Notes: a model not told the origin generated them from the sequence alone. DNA of 64,000 nucleotides from an uncultured Chloroherpeton sp. (GCA_964500435.1 CAZCNL010000001.1:326542-390541), one strand, 5' to 3'. Shown: positions 21,812 to 32,287, counted from the stretch's first letter. Numbers and translations: made by a program.

Positions 21812-22075
21812 TTATTGATTTTCAATTCTTCTAACAATCGGAATTTCTCTTATTATAATTTTTTCTATTCCTGCACGAAGGGTCATAATTGATAAAGGAC
21901 AGTCTTTGCAATTACCTAAAAATGAAATCACAAGAGTGCTTGTGTCTTCTTCCCAATTAACAAATTCGATATCACCATCATCTTTTTGTAAATATGGTCG
22001 AATTAATTCGCAAGCCTTTTCAAACTTTTGCCTGATTTCAAATTTTTCCATAAACATTAAAATTGAATAAAGCAA
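21812..22075 (-). CDS. NifU-like Fe-S cluster protein (Nfu C-terminal domain)
   Basis: The 87-aa product has the ...GDIEFVNWEEDTSTLVISFLGNCKDCPLS CxxC motif. Confidence 0.65.
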   Translation of the reverse strand: MLYSILMFMEKFEIRQKFEKACELIRPYLQKDDGDIEFVNWEEDTSTLVISFLGNCKDCPLSIMTLRAGIEKIIIREIPIVRRIENQ

Positions 22076-22150
22076 AATTAACTAATAAATACATTTATTC
22101 CTACATTTTAATTTATTATTCTTAATTTTGTTTTTTATTTAAAGTGAAAT

Positions 22151-23089
22151 ATGGCAAAAGTTTTAATTACTGGTGGAGCTGGGTTTCTCGGTTCACACCT
22201 TTGCGAAAGGTTCCTGAATGATGGTGACAGCGTTATATGTATAGATAATTTTATTACTGGTTCACCCGATAATATTGCCCATTTATTTGGCAATCCTCGC
22301 TTTCAATTTATTAATCACGATGTTACAAATTACATCTACGTACCAGGTGAAGTCGATTATGTGCTCCATTTTGCCTCTCCTGCATCACCAATTGATTATT
22401 TACAGCTTCCAATACAAACTTTGAAAGTTGGCTCTCTTGGAACACATAAAGCACTTGGTTTGGCAAAAGCAAAACATTCAACATTTTTAATTGCATCAAC
22501 AAGCGAAGTATATGGCGACCCACTTGAACATCCTCAAACCGAAGAATATTGGGGTAATGTCAATCCTATTGGATTCCGTGGTGTTTACGACGAAGCTAAA
22601 AGATTTGCAGAAGCAATGACAATGGCTTATCATCGTTTTCATAACGTTGATACACGTATTGTTAGAATTTTCAATACCTATGGACCACGTATGAGAATAA
22701 ACGACGGGAGAGCAATTCCTGCATTTATTACTCAAGCTTTGAAAAATGAAGATGTTACTGTTTTTGGTGATGGTAGCCAAACTCGCTCAGTTTGTTACAT
22801 CGATGACGAAGTCGAAGGAATAGTGAGACTACTTAAATCGAATATAAATCAACCTATTAATATTGGAAACCCTGACGAAATAACAATGCTCCAACTTGCT
22901 CAAGAAATTATCGAATTAACCGGTTCTAAAAGCAAGATTATTTTCAAAGAATTACCAGAAGATGACCCAAAAGTTCGTCAACCAAATATTACAAAAGCAA
23001 AAGAGTTATTGGATTGGCAACCCAAGACAAATCGTAAAGAAGGATTATTGAAAACAATTAACTATTTTAAAAATAAATTAGGTTTATAA
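22151..23089 (+). CDS. UDP-glucuronate decarboxylase (UDP-xylose synthase), SDR family
   Basis: [15 protein letters not shown] Rossmann motif; YDEAKR catalytic motif; UXS-like length and blocks. Confidence 0.8.
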   Translation: MAKVLITGGAGFLGSHLCERFLNDGDSVICIDNFITGSPDNIAHLFGNPRFQFINHDVTNYIYVPGEVDYVLHFASPASPIDYLQLPIQTLKVGSLGTHKALGLAKAKHSTFLIASTSEVYGDPLEHPQTEEYWGNVNPIGFRGVYDEAKRFAEAMTMAYHRFHNVDTRIVRIFNTYGPRMRINDGRAIPAFITQALKNEDVTVFGDGSQTRSVCYIDDEVEGIVRLLKSNINQPINIGNPDEITMLQLAQEIIELTGSKSKIIFKELPEDDPKVRQPNITKAKELLDWQPKTNRKEGLLKTINYFKNKLGL

Positions 23090-23090
23090 A

Positions 23091-24182
23091 ATGTCAGTAA
23101 ATATAGAACTTTTAAAAACAAAAATAAACCAAATAACCGACCCTGATTTAGGTTATTCTTTTGAAAAATTGAATTACTTGAAAGACATTATAATCGAGAA
23201 CCAAACCGTTTCAATCAAATTAGAACTTATTCCACCAATTGAGTGGTTCAAAGATTTTATAATAGAAGAAATTAAAAAAATAACCAACGAAGTTGCACCT
23301 GAATTTGAACCAAAAATTGAAATTTCAGAAAGACAAATTCCTAAGACACCACGTAAATTCCTTAAAGGTGTTAAACACATTATAGCAGTTGCATCTGGTA
23401 AAGGAGGTGTTGGGAAATCAGCAGTTGCTTCAAACATTGCCGCTACATTATCATTAAAAGGTGTTAAAGTTGGTTTAATTGATGGCGATATTTATGGTCC
23501 AAGCCAACCAACAATTTGGGGAATGAAAAACGAGTCGTTACCAGCTGAACCCGCTCCTGATGGTGGAACTATCGTTTATCCTGCCGAAAAACATAATATA
23601 AAAATTGCATCAATGGGATTTTTAATGAAAGAGTCGGATGCCGCAATTGTACGTGGTCCTATTTTAGCAAGTTATTTGCAAATGCTTATCGAACAAATTG
23701 AGTGGGGCGATTTGGACTTTTTAGTCTTTGATTTACCTCCTGGAACTGGCGATATTCAACTTACATTAACCCAACAAACTCCACTAACCGGTGCAATCGT
23801 TATAACTACTCCACAAGAGATTTCCGTTGTTGATGTCAGACGTTCTGTAAAAATGTTCGAAAAAGTAAAGGTGCCAGTTCTTGGAATTATAGAAAATATG
23901 AGTTATTTTATTCCCGAGGATGCTCCCGATAAAAAATATTATATTTTCGGTAAAGGCGGTGGAAAAAGAATTGCTGATGAATCAAAAGTGAGATTCCTTG
24001 GTGAAATTCCTTTAGTCGAAAAATTTAGAGAAAGTAATGATAACGGCTTGCCTTTTGTCTTAAATAGCGCTGCTGGGGAATTTTCTAATATTTTCAATTC
24101 TATTATTTCAAATACTATTCAAGAAATTCGAAGAATAAATTATGATAAAACTAAATCAACAGAATTAGAAATATCTATTTAA
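23091..24182 (+). CDS. Mrp/ApbC/NBP35 Fe-S cluster carrier ATPase with N-terminal DUF59-like domain
   Basis: Deviant Walker A VASGKGGVGKS; CxxC downstream; about 100-aa N-terminal extension. Confidence 0.85.
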   Translation: MSVNIELLKTKINQITDPDLGYSFEKLNYLKDIIIENQTVSIKLELIPPIEWFKDFIIEEIKKITNEVAPEFEPKIEISERQIPKTPRKFLKGVKHIIAVASGKGGVGKSAVASNIAATLSLKGVKVGLIDGDIYGPSQPTIWGMKNESLPAEPAPDGGTIVYPAEKHNIKIASMGFLMKESDAAIVRGPILASYLQMLIEQIEWGDLDFLVFDLPPGTGDIQLTLTQQTPLTGAIVITTPQEISVVDVRRSVKMFEKVKVPVLGIIENMSYFIPEDAPDKKYYIFGKGGGKRIADESKVRFLGEIPLVEKFRESNDNGLPFVLNSAAGEFSNIFNSIISNTIQEIRRINYDKTKSTELEISI

Positions 24183-24211
24183 TTTAATTCAAAAAAATTT
24201 AAAAAGCGATA

Positions 24212-24245
24212 AAAGAGTTATCTGTCCTGGTAACTCTTTTTTTAT
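24212..24245 (+). terminator. intrinsic terminator after mrp
   Basis: agagttatc-tgtcctg-gtaactct hairpin followed by a T7 run. Confidence 0.45.
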
Positions 24246-25015
24246 TTTATGTTTGAGAGAAAATCGTTTAAAACTAATGCCAACTCATCAATTTTAATAT
24301 TTATTGTTAATTCACCTTTATAGGCTATTGTTATCCAACCAGTTTCTTCGGACACAATTAAAATAACAGCATCAACTTGTTCAGAGAGACCTAAAGCCGC
24401 TCGATGACGAGTTCCCAAATTTTGATTTTTATATTTTGAAATGTTTGATAAAGGAAGAATACATCTTGCCGCAACAATTGTTTGATTTTCTACTATAATT
24501 GCCCCGTCGTGTAAAGGAGCTTTTGTATTAAAAATAGCTAAAATCAATTCTTTTGAAATTACTGCTTGGATTGGAATTCCTGTATCTATTGTCATTTGTA
24601 CATTTTGTGTCTTTGGGAAAACAATTAATGCTCCGATATGTTTTGATGATAACTCCTTGACTGCTTCTACGATTACATCTAAAGTTTGATTTATCTTTGT
24701 CTTTACAAATAATTGAAATATAGGCGATTTTGTAAGCATAACTAATGCTTTTCTGATTTCTGGTTGAAAAAGTATAATAAAACCTAATAACCAAATATTC
24801 AAAATTGTCTTGATTATCCAATTAAGCGTTTTCAGGTTTAAAGCTTCTGTAAAAAATGATAAGAAAATTAAGATTATTAATCCAAATAAAATTTTTATTG
24901 CAATTGTATTTTTTAACGCATAATAAATACCAGCGATGATTATTGAAACTAAAAATACATCAATAAAATCAGTTATTGTAAAGTTTATAAACCCTATTTT
25001 AAATAAATCAAACAA
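24242..25015 (-). CDS. cdaA: diadenylate cyclase (membrane-anchored, DisA_N/DAC domain)
   Basis: Three N-terminal TM helices; DAC motifs LHDGAIIV and TRHRAALGLSEQVDAVILIVSEETG. Confidence 0.8.
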   Translation of the reverse strand: MFDLFKIGFINFTITDFIDVFLVSIIIAGIYYALKNTIAIKILFGLIILIFLSFFTEALNLKTLNWIIKTILNIWLLGFIILFQPEIRKALVMLTKSPIFQLFVKTKINQTLDVIVEAVKELSSKHIGALIVFPKTQNVQMTIDTGIPIQAVISKELILAIFNTKAPLHDGAIIVENQTIVAARCILPLSNISKYKNQNLGTRHRAALGLSEQVDAVILIVSEETGWITIAYKGELTINIKIDELALVLNDFLSNIK

Positions 25016-25074
25016 TTGTCACCGCCTGTTAGTATTTATTGTTATCAAATTAAAAAAAATAATCTTTTTATTTC

Positions 25075-26079
25075 TCAAAAATCATGATTTTTTATATTTT
25101 CTTCATCTGCTTTATTATTTTTCCTTTCGTAAGCTTTAATAATATCAGCTACAAGTCGATGTCGGATAACATCCTTTTCAGTAAAATACACAAATTCAAT
25201 TCCTTTAATACCTTGTAATATGCTTTTAGCATTGATTAAACCTGAAGGTTTTGAATCTGGCAAATCAACTTGTGTTATATCACCTGTAATTATTGCCTTC
25301 GAATATACTCCTAGTCTTGTCAAAAACATCTTCATTTGAGTAATCGTTGCATTTTGTGCTTCGTCTAAAATTATAAAGGAATAATTTAAAGTTCGTCCAC
25401 GCATATAAGCAAGAGGTACAATTTCAATCACACCTTTCTCGAGTAATGCTTTGAATTTTTCAGGAGTAAGCATCTGTTGCAAAGCATCCGTCAAGGGTTT
25501 CAAATAAGGGTCGATTTTTTCTTGCAAATCACCTGGTAAAAACCCTAATGATTCACCTGCTTCAACAGCTGGTCGAGATAGAATTATTTTGGAAACTTCA
25601 TTTCTTCTTAAGGCTGCAATCGCCATTGCAACTGCAAGAAATGTTTTTCCTGTACCTGCGGGACCTATTGCAAAAACAATATCATTTTCTAAAACTTTTT
25701 GGTAATATTCAAGTTGTGTGGGTGTTTTGGGTTTTATTGTCTCTTTTGCAGAATGTAAAATTATGTCGTAATTCCTACTTTGGCTAACTTTTTTATCTTT
25801 GAAATTTGGTAAATCTTCATCGGCCAGAAGTGTAATGACTTGTAAAACATCCTCGGAATTTAAAAATCCATTTTTTTTCAACATATAAACTAATTCGTCG
25901 AAAATTTTTTCGATTATATTTATTTCATCACCTTCCCCTTTTATGGTAATTGCGTTTCCTCGTGTGGTGAAAGTGCTCTTAAATTTATTTTCAATAATAG
26001 ATAAATTTTCGTCATTTAGTCCAATTAATTTGACGAAATCGATATCATCGAATATTAATTTCTTTTCAATTTTTTCCAT
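25075..26079 (-). CDS. PhoH-like ATPase
   Basis: Walker A AIGPAGTGKTFLAVA; PhoH-family length and blocks. Confidence 0.85.
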   Translation of the reverse strand: MEKIEKKLIFDDIDFVKLIGLNDENLSIIENKFKSTFTTRGNAITIKGEGDEINIIEKIFDELVYMLKKNGFLNSEDVLQVITLLADEDLPNFKDKKVSQSRNYDIILHSAKETIKPKTPTQLEYYQKVLENDIVFAIGPAGTGKTFLAVAMAIAALRRNEVSKIILSRPAVEAGESLGFLPGDLQEKIDPYLKPLTDALQQMLTPEKFKALLEKGVIEIVPLAYMRGRTLNYSFIILDEAQNATITQMKMFLTRLGVYSKAIITGDITQVDLPDSKPSGLINAKSILQGIKGIEFVYFTEKDVIRHRLVADIIKAYERKNNKADEENIKNHDF

Positions 26080-26093
26080 ACAATTTTTCTTTT

Positions 26094-26130
26094 AAGGAAA
26101 AAACCTCACTTCCTTGAAAAGAAGTGAGGT
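26094..26130 (-). terminator. intrinsic terminator after the LysM gene
   Basis: Perfect 9-bp stem cctcacttc/gaagtgagg; a T-run follows on the minus strand. Confidence 0.5.
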
Positions 26131-26170
26131 CTTGAATTTTATTTTCAACTTTCTTTTGAAAAGGAATTCA

Positions 26171-26965
26171 CTATTGTCCAGGAGTTACAGTTTTTTCAGA
26201 AATTTGAGCACGTTTGTTTCTCCAATAGCGACGTTCAGCTTTTTGTTCATCAGTAGTTTTCGGTGCTTTATCTGGTATAGTTAAAACTTGTCCAGGATAA
26301 ATTATATCAGGATTTTTTATTTTGTCAGTATTGCTTTGCCAAATCTTTACCCATAAAAGTGGATCAGAGTATATTTCAATTTTACCAGCAATATTCCACA
26401 AGCAATCACGATTTTCAGCCCATGTTCCGACAGTATATGTTGTAATTTTCTTTTCTCTGTAAAGTCCTTTGATTTCTCTTGCTAAAGCAATAATCTTGTC
26501 GTAAAATTCTGGAATTACAGAAATCTTGTTAGCACGTAATTGATTTAATTCGTCTTCTAAAGCTTTTACTTCTGCTTGACGGTCAGCTAAAGCGTCATTT
26601 GAAAGACCTTTTAATTGGCGAACTTTACCTTCGATAACACCTAATTTTTGCCGGAATGCATCTAAATCACTTTCTGAAGCTCCAATTAATGTTAAAATTT
26701 CTTTTCTACAATCTTTGAATTGACTTTTCAACTGATCTAATTCAGTTTTAGCTTTGTTGATTTGGTCGTCTAAATTATTAAACTCAGCTTGTAAAGTTTC
26801 AATTCTTGATTTGAAATCTAATATACGAGCTTCTGCTTCTTTCTTCAAAAGCTCAGCATCTGGTTTACTTGCTGGTGGTAAGGGAGTTTGAGAAAATGTC
26901 AACTCAGTTGTAAAAATTATAGCAATTAATAAAATCAAATATTTTTTCATTTTTCCCTCTCTCAT
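26171..26965 (-). CDS. secreted coiled-coil protein with C-terminal LysM domain
   Basis: Signal peptide; long heptad-rich region; LysM-like DIIYPGQVLTIPD near the C-terminus. Confidence 0.55.
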   Translation of the reverse strand: MREGKMKKYLILLIAIIFTTELTFSQTPLPPASKPDAELLKKEAEARILDFKSRIETLQAEFNNLDDQINKAKTELDQLKSQFKDCRKEILTLIGASESDLDAFRQKLGVIEGKVRQLKGLSNDALADRQAEVKALEDELNQLRANKISVIPEFYDKIIALAREIKGLYREKKITTYTVGTWAENRDCLWNIAGKIEIYSDPLLWVKIWQSNTDKIKNPDIIYPGQVLTIPDKAPKTTDEQKAERRYWRNKRAQISEKTVTPGQ

Positions 26966-27270
26966 TACTTATTAGGTGTATAATCGGGCCAAATATCAGG
27001 CCATTTGGACATACGTTGCTTTACAATATCAAGTTCTGTCTGACAATTCTTTAGTTCGTTTTTACGCATATTAATTTCATCACGTATCTTGTTAAGTTCT
27101 GATTTCTTAGATGAAATACCATCTTGCAAAGAACGTTCCTGCCTTCGTAACTCTTGCAACTGTGCTAATTGTTCTTCGGTAATTTTACTCGAACAACCAG
27201 TAACTGTTAGAAGAGATGCTGGAAGTAACACAATAATTCCTAATTTAATTATGTTTTTTTTCCAGTTCAT
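26965..27270 (-). CDS. coiled-coil lipoprotein
   Basis: Lipobox LLTVTGCSS; the rest is coiled-coil; its stop overlaps the start of the LysM gene. Confidence 0.45.
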   Translation of the reverse strand: MNWKKNIIKLGIIVLLPASLLTVTGCSSKITEEQLAQLQELRRQERSLQDGISSKKSELNKIRDEINMRKNELKNCQTELDIVKQRMSKWPDIWPDYTPNK

Positions 27271-27456
27271 AAATATTCTCCGTTTTTTGTAAAAATTTTA
27301 ATATACAAATATAATAATTTTTTTGTTTATTCAAACACATTTTTAATTAATTTATTTAAAATCAAATTTTGCAGACAATTTTTAATTATTGTGTGAATTT
27401 TATGTATTAAATAATTTTATTATAGTTAATTTTGGATTTATTTTTATTTTAAATTA

Positions 27457-28935
27457 ATGATTAGCAAATTAAAAAGTTTAAGCAAAGAAACAGCTATTTA
27501 CGGTTCTTCAATAGTCCTTGGTCGTTTTTTAAATTTTTTATTAACCCCATTATACACAAATTTTATTCCTGAGCAAGGATTATCTTTCATATTTTATATT
27601 TATTCTACTTTAGCTTTTATTAATATTGCTTATTCTTTAGGAATGGAAACTGCATTTTTTAGATTTTCTAAAAATGAAGATACTAAGTTTGGTAAACAAA
27701 ATCTAATAAAAATTGTATTTAGTAATTCTTATTTAACAATTTTTTTCTTCAGTATAGTCAACAGTTCTTTGATTATACTTTTTTCTGACAAAATTGCTCC
27801 TTTCTTTAGTCAGTATAATGCAACTTCTGAATTAATTCGTTACATAGCCTTTTTACCTATGTTAGATGCTTTAGTGTTAATTCCATTCGCATATTTAAGA
27901 ATTACAAATCAAGCACTAAAATTTTCCGTTTTACGGTTCTTTGCGATATTATTAAATGTAATTTTTAACGTAATAACTGTTTCGTTCATAAAAATGGAAG
28001 TAAAAGGGGTTGTCCTGTCAAATGTTTATTCTTCTGCATTAACACTTCTTATTTTTTCGCCTTTAATTTATAAAAATTTAATTATAAAAATTGATTTTAA
28101 ACTAATCAAGCAAATGGTAATTTTTGCTTTACCTACTATTCCCGCAAGTTTTGCGGCAATCATATTGCAAGTTGCTGACAGGCAAATTATGGAATTTATA
28201 GCTCCTCAGTATCTCGCAATTTATGGTGTAAACTACAGATTGGGCATTCCTATGATGATGCTAGTTTCAATGTTTGAATATGCTTGGAAGCCATTTTATC
28301 TTAATCATTTTAAGGATCCCGATGCACTGCTGATCTTTTCGAAAGCTCTGACTTATTTTACTTATATTTCGATGCTTCTTATTATTTTTTGGACATTATC
28401 ACTTGATTTCATCGTCAAAGTGCCATTTTTCGGTGGAAAACTTATTAATCCAATATATTGGAAAGGTTTATCTTTAGTTCCAATAGTTCTCTTTGGATAT
28501 TATTTTAACGGCGTTTTTACGAATTTAACTGCCGGTTTTATTATTAAAAAGCAAACAAAATATTTGCCAATTGCTGTTGGTATTTCAGCAGTATTGAATG
28601 TCATTTTAAATTTTATTTTAATACCAAAATTTACATATAATGGCGCTGCTTGGGCTACATTTTGGGCTTACTTTCTTGAAGCTTTGATTATTTATTACTA
28701 CGCTATGAAAATTTACCCAATCAAATATGAATTAAAAAAAATACTTACTCTAATTTCTTTAACGGGACTAATTATCGTAATAAATTCTTACTTTACTTTC
28801 AATTATCAATCTTCATTAATTCTTTTATTTGTATTTCGTTTATTTTTAATAATAATTTTCTCAATTTTATTATATATTTTTGGAATTATCAATAAATTTG
28901 ATTTTAAATTTCTCAATAAAATTTTTAAACCTTAA
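27457..28935 (+). CDS. oligosaccharide/polysaccharide flippase (MOP superfamily, Wzx-like)
   Basis: The 492-aa product has about 12-14 TM helices and a polysaccharide-biosynthesis-protein-like N-terminus. Confidence 0.65.
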   Translation: MISKLKSLSKETAIYGSSIVLGRFLNFLLTPLYTNFIPEQGLSFIFYIYSTLAFINIAYSLGMETAFFRFSKNEDTKFGKQNLIKIVFSNSYLTIFFFSIVNSSLIILFSDKIAPFFSQYNATSELIRYIAFLPMLDALVLIPFAYLRITNQALKFSVLRFFAILLNVIFNVITVSFIKMEVKGVVLSNVYSSALTLLIFSPLIYKNLIIKIDFKLIKQMVIFALPTIPASFAAIILQVADRQIMEFIAPQYLAIYGVNYRLGIPMMMLVSMFEYAWKPFYLNHFKDPDALLIFSKALTYFTYISMLLIIFWTLSLDFIVKVPFFGGKLINPIYWKGLSLVPIVLFGYYFNGVFTNLTAGFIIKKQTKYLPIAVGISAVLNVILNFILIPKFTYNGAAWATFWAYFLEALIIYYYAMKIYPIKYELKKILTLISLTGLIIVINSYFTFNYQSSLILLFVFRLFLIIIFSILLYIFGIINKFDFKFLNKIFKP

Positions 28936-29552
28936 TGCCTGATAATAAAGAAATCAAAATATTAAGTAATAAAGAAGACATTGAAGTAATTAAAGCCATT
29001 TTAGCTGGTGATAAGAATTCTTTTTCCAAACTTCAAAAAAAGTATTATCGAACAGTTCTTTCAATAATTCGCAGAATGGTTAGAAATGAAGAAGATGCAG
29101 AGGATTTAACCCAAGAAACTTTTATAAAAGCTTATAATGCTTTATCTTCTTTCGACGTTAAATATTTTTTCTCTTCATGGTTATTGAAAATTGCTTCAAA
29201 TAATTGTATTGATTATATGAGAAAACGCAAGCTGGAAACTATTTCTTACAGTCAGAATCTTTCAAATAATGATGATGATGACCTATACTTACAAATTCCA
29301 AGTCTTGATGCATTACCCGATCAGAAACTTTATGAAAATGAAAAATTGAAACTTTTAATGGAAACAATTAATTCTTTGCCTGAAAATTTCCGTCAAATAA
29401 TTCTTCTACGCTTTCAAAAGGAGTTAGATTACTCCGAAATAGCTTCTGAATTGAATATACCACTGGGAACTGTTAAGGCATCATTATTTCGAGCAAAGAA
29501 ATTGCTCCAAATTCAACTTAAAAGACATCAAAATCTTTTTGATAATGTTTAA
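28935..29552 (+). CDS. ECF-type RNA polymerase sigma-70 factor
   Basis: Region 2 (EDAEDLTQETFIKAY) and region 4 HTH (ELDYSEIASELNIPLGTVKASLFRAKKKL). Its start overlaps the flippase stop (TAATG). Confidence 0.8.
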   Translation: MPDNKEIKILSNKEDIEVIKAILAGDKNSFSKLQKKYYRTVLSIIRRMVRNEEDAEDLTQETFIKAYNALSSFDVKYFFSSWLLKIASNNCIDYMRKRKLETISYSQNLSNNDDDDLYLQIPSLDALPDQKLYENEKLKLLMETINSLPENFRQIILLRFQKELDYSEIASELNIPLGTVKASLFRAKKLLQIQLKRHQNLFDNV

Positions 29553-29629
29553 AAACTAAGTCTATGAATTTTCGTCTTTTAAATTTTAAACATTGAATAT
29601 TTATTTTTTTTGAATTACAACTTTACATA

Positions 29630-31603
29630 ATGAAAAAAATTATTATTAGTATTTCGATAATTTTAACATCTTTGATAATAAGCTCTTGTATTGAAGAAAA
29701 CCCAGCTTTGGTAAATCCACCTTCAAAAGTTGACAGAGTATATGTTAGATTTATCAATTTAGCCAGTGATTATAATAGTCGTTATCTAACTTTTGATGGG
29801 ATGAATCCAACAAATAATGTAGATTATGCAACTTCAAGTGTTGCTTTTCATCCACCTTCAGACTCAGCAACTCTTTCTATTCGAAATTCAAACAGTGAAT
29901 ACACTTTACCAAGATTAATAAAATTTTCGAGAGATGTATATTATTCTTTCTTTGCCTTGCCATCAGCAATGAACAGCCAAAATTACCGAAATGTTGATAC
30001 AATTATTACCTTGAGTACATCGCTGACTATGCCTGACAATTCAGAAGACGCATATATTAAACTATTCAATGCTTTCCCCGATTCTTCAACATCTTTCTCA
30101 TTAACGATTGGATGTCCAAATTCTAAATTTATTTTTTCAAATATTAGATATAAAAATGTAACTTCTCCTGTATTTATTAGAACTGGCACTGTACCAATTT
30201 CGATAATTCAAACAAATAATTCGAAAAGCGATATACTTGGCACTTATTCAGTAAATATTAAGGCAAAAGGTCAATATGCAATCGTAATTTTACAAGATAA
30301 AAATGGAAATCCCGACGTATACTTTTTAGATGAACTTAATTTGCAAAGTGAAGCTTTATCTCCTGCCCAATTTGTAATTGAAAAAAATTCAACAATTAGA
30401 ATGGTTAATTTGTCTTCTTCATACATTGACGCAATCAAAAACCCGGCAAATCCAATTGCTAATAATATTGCAGAAAATTATATCAGCCATTATGCAACAA
30501 TCAAAGCTTGCGATTCACCCTCACTCGACTCAATTATCATAAATTCAAATAACAATTATGCATCTTCAATTTCTTATTCCTTCGAGGTATTAAAGAATTA
30601 TTCTATCATTGTTGCAGATTCATCAAATACAATTGCAAAAAAAATAGTAATTGTTCCTCCTTTAAGTACTCGTAATTTTAATAATAAATCTATTATCCGT
30701 TGTGTAAATTTAGCTTGGAATTATACGGAATTAGATGTTGCACTATCTTCGAGAAAACTTGATACCGCAAATGGATTTAGTGCGGGAGAAGTTCTTGCTC
30801 GAAAACTGCAATATGGACAAGTTGGAAATGAAATTTCATTAGTGCCAGGTTCTGTACCAATTTCTGTTTTTGGTTCATCGGCCCCTTTTCAAATGCTAAC
30901 TAATGCTATGGCAAATTTAGAATCAAATAAAGATTATCTTTTGATTTTGACAAATGACGATAATGGTAATGTCAAACTAAGCCTTGTTGAAAGCACTACT
31001 GAGAATCAACAAATTACATTTCTTCAAAACACATCTTTCGTGCAAATAATTAATGCAATTTCAAGAACACAAAGTGTTTCTTTGTCCGTTGGGAATTTAA
31101 TTCCCTCTGCTACGTTATTTTATAACAATATTTTAGCAACAAATTTACCAACAAGCAATATTGACATAAATTTCTCTATTAATGGACAAAATAAAACTAT
31201 TAATCTTACACCTGATGTCAACTCTCGCTATTCCATAATTTTATGTGGTGATAAAGAAAATCCAGATTACATAGTTGTCGAAAATCCAATTCAAGATGTG
31301 AATTTAAATATTGCTTCCATACGTTTCATAAATGCTTCAAATTCACTAAATGCTGTTTCAGTAACTGATAATATTCAAGACCCTCCTGTATTTTTCGCTG
31401 AATTAAATTTCAAATCCTCGACTTTTTATTATGATTTAAATAAAGCAAAAAGATACTCTTATTACTTCTATGATACTGAAAAAATTACGAAACTTGCAAA
31501 TATTGACTTTGATATCACATTTGGAAAAAAATATACTATAATATTTGCTGGGACAAATAAAGATAATTTCGGTTATAATATTATGATGATGCAAGATTAT
31601 TAA
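29630..31603 (+). CDS. lipoprotein with about six DUF4397-like repeats
   Basis: Lipobox LIISSCIE. The motif [VI]R[FMC][IV]N[LA]... recurs about every 100 aa (VRFINLASD, IRMVNLSSSY, IRCVNLAWNY, VQIINAISR, IRFINASNS). Confidence 0.5.
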   Translation: MKKIIISISIILTSLIISSCIEENPALVNPPSKVDRVYVRFINLASDYNSRYLTFDGMNPTNNVDYATSSVAFHPPSDSATLSIRNSNSEYTLPRLIKFSRDVYYSFFALPSAMNSQNYRNVDTIITLSTSLTMPDNSEDAYIKLFNAFPDSSTSFSLTIGCPNSKFIFSNIRYKNVTSPVFIRTGTVPISIIQTNNSKSDILGTYSVNIKAKGQYAIVILQDKNGNPDVYFLDELNLQSEALSPAQFVIEKNSTIRMVNLSSSYIDAIKNPANPIANNIAENYISHYATIKACDSPSLDSIIINSNNNYASSISYSFEVLKNYSIIVADSSNTIAKKIVIVPPLSTRNFNNKSIIRCVNLAWNYTELDVALSSRKLDTANGFSAGEVLARKLQYGQVGNEISLVPGSVPISVFGSSAPFQMLTNAMANLESNKDYLLILTNDDNGNVKLSLVESTTENQQITFLQNTSFVQIINAISRTQSVSLSVGNLIPSATLFYNNILATNLPTSNIDINFSINGQNKTINLTPDVNSRYSIILCGDKENPDYIVVENPIQDVNLNIASIRFINASNSLNAVSVTDNIQDPPVFFAELNFKSSTFYYDLNKAKRYSYYFYDTEKITKLANIDFDITFGKKYTIIFAGTNKDNFGYNIMMMQDY

Positions 31604-31609
31604 AAAGAG

Positions 31610-32203
31610 TTGTTAAACAAAAAAAAGAAAAATATGGCAGTAAAACCAGTATATAATTGTTTTCATCCTGTTTTAAATAAACCTACAACAAAGGTTGAAA
31701 ATATTGATTTTAGTGTAAAACAAATAGCAAATGATTTGATTGACACTTTGAAGAAAATTTCAAATGGTGTTGGTCTTGCCGCTAATCAAATTGGTGCAAC
31801 ACAATCTGTTTTATATATAGATATATCGATCGTTGATGAGTTCAAAAATGTAAAGCCTATTATTATGATTAATCCTGAAATCATCAAATTTTCTGAGGAA
31901 AAAGTTATCGACCAAGAAGGTTGTTTATCTATTCCAGATTTTTACGAAGAAGTTGAACGTCCCGAAAACATTCTTGTGAAATATTATGATTTGCAAGAAA
32001 AGGAACATATAGAAGAAGTTTCAGGTTATCTATCACGAGTAATGCAACACGAAATTGACCATTTAAATGGAATTCTTTTCTATCAAAGGCTATCATCACT
32101 CAAGAAAACTCTTTCGAAAAATAAATTAAATAAAATAAAAAAAGGTATAATATTACCTGATTATCCTTTTGTTCTTCCAGATGGTACTTTAGTAAATAGC
32201 TAA
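31610..32203 (+). CDS. def: peptide deformylase
   Basis: GVGLAANQIG, EGCLSIPD and HEIDHLNG motifs. Confidence 0.85.
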   Translation: MLNKKKKNMAVKPVYNCFHPVLNKPTTKVENIDFSVKQIANDLIDTLKKISNGVGLAANQIGATQSVLYIDISIVDEFKNVKPIIMINPEIIKFSEEKVIDQEGCLSIPDFYEEVERPENILVKYYDLQEKEHIEEVSGYLSRVMQHEIDHLNGILFYQRLSSLKKTLSKNKLNKIKKGIILPDYPFVLPDGTLVNS

Positions 32204-32233
32204 AATACAAATAAAAATTTTTTTTAAACAAAT

Positions 32234-32272
32234 AAAAAACGAGATTACCGGAGAAAGTAATCTCGTTTTATT
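32234..32272. terminator. bidirectional intrinsic terminator (def/secG convergent)
   Basis: 13-bp stem aaaacgagattac/gtaatctcgtttt with an A-run and T-run on either side. Confidence 0.5.
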
Positions 32273-32287
32273 TAATTTGCGAATTTC

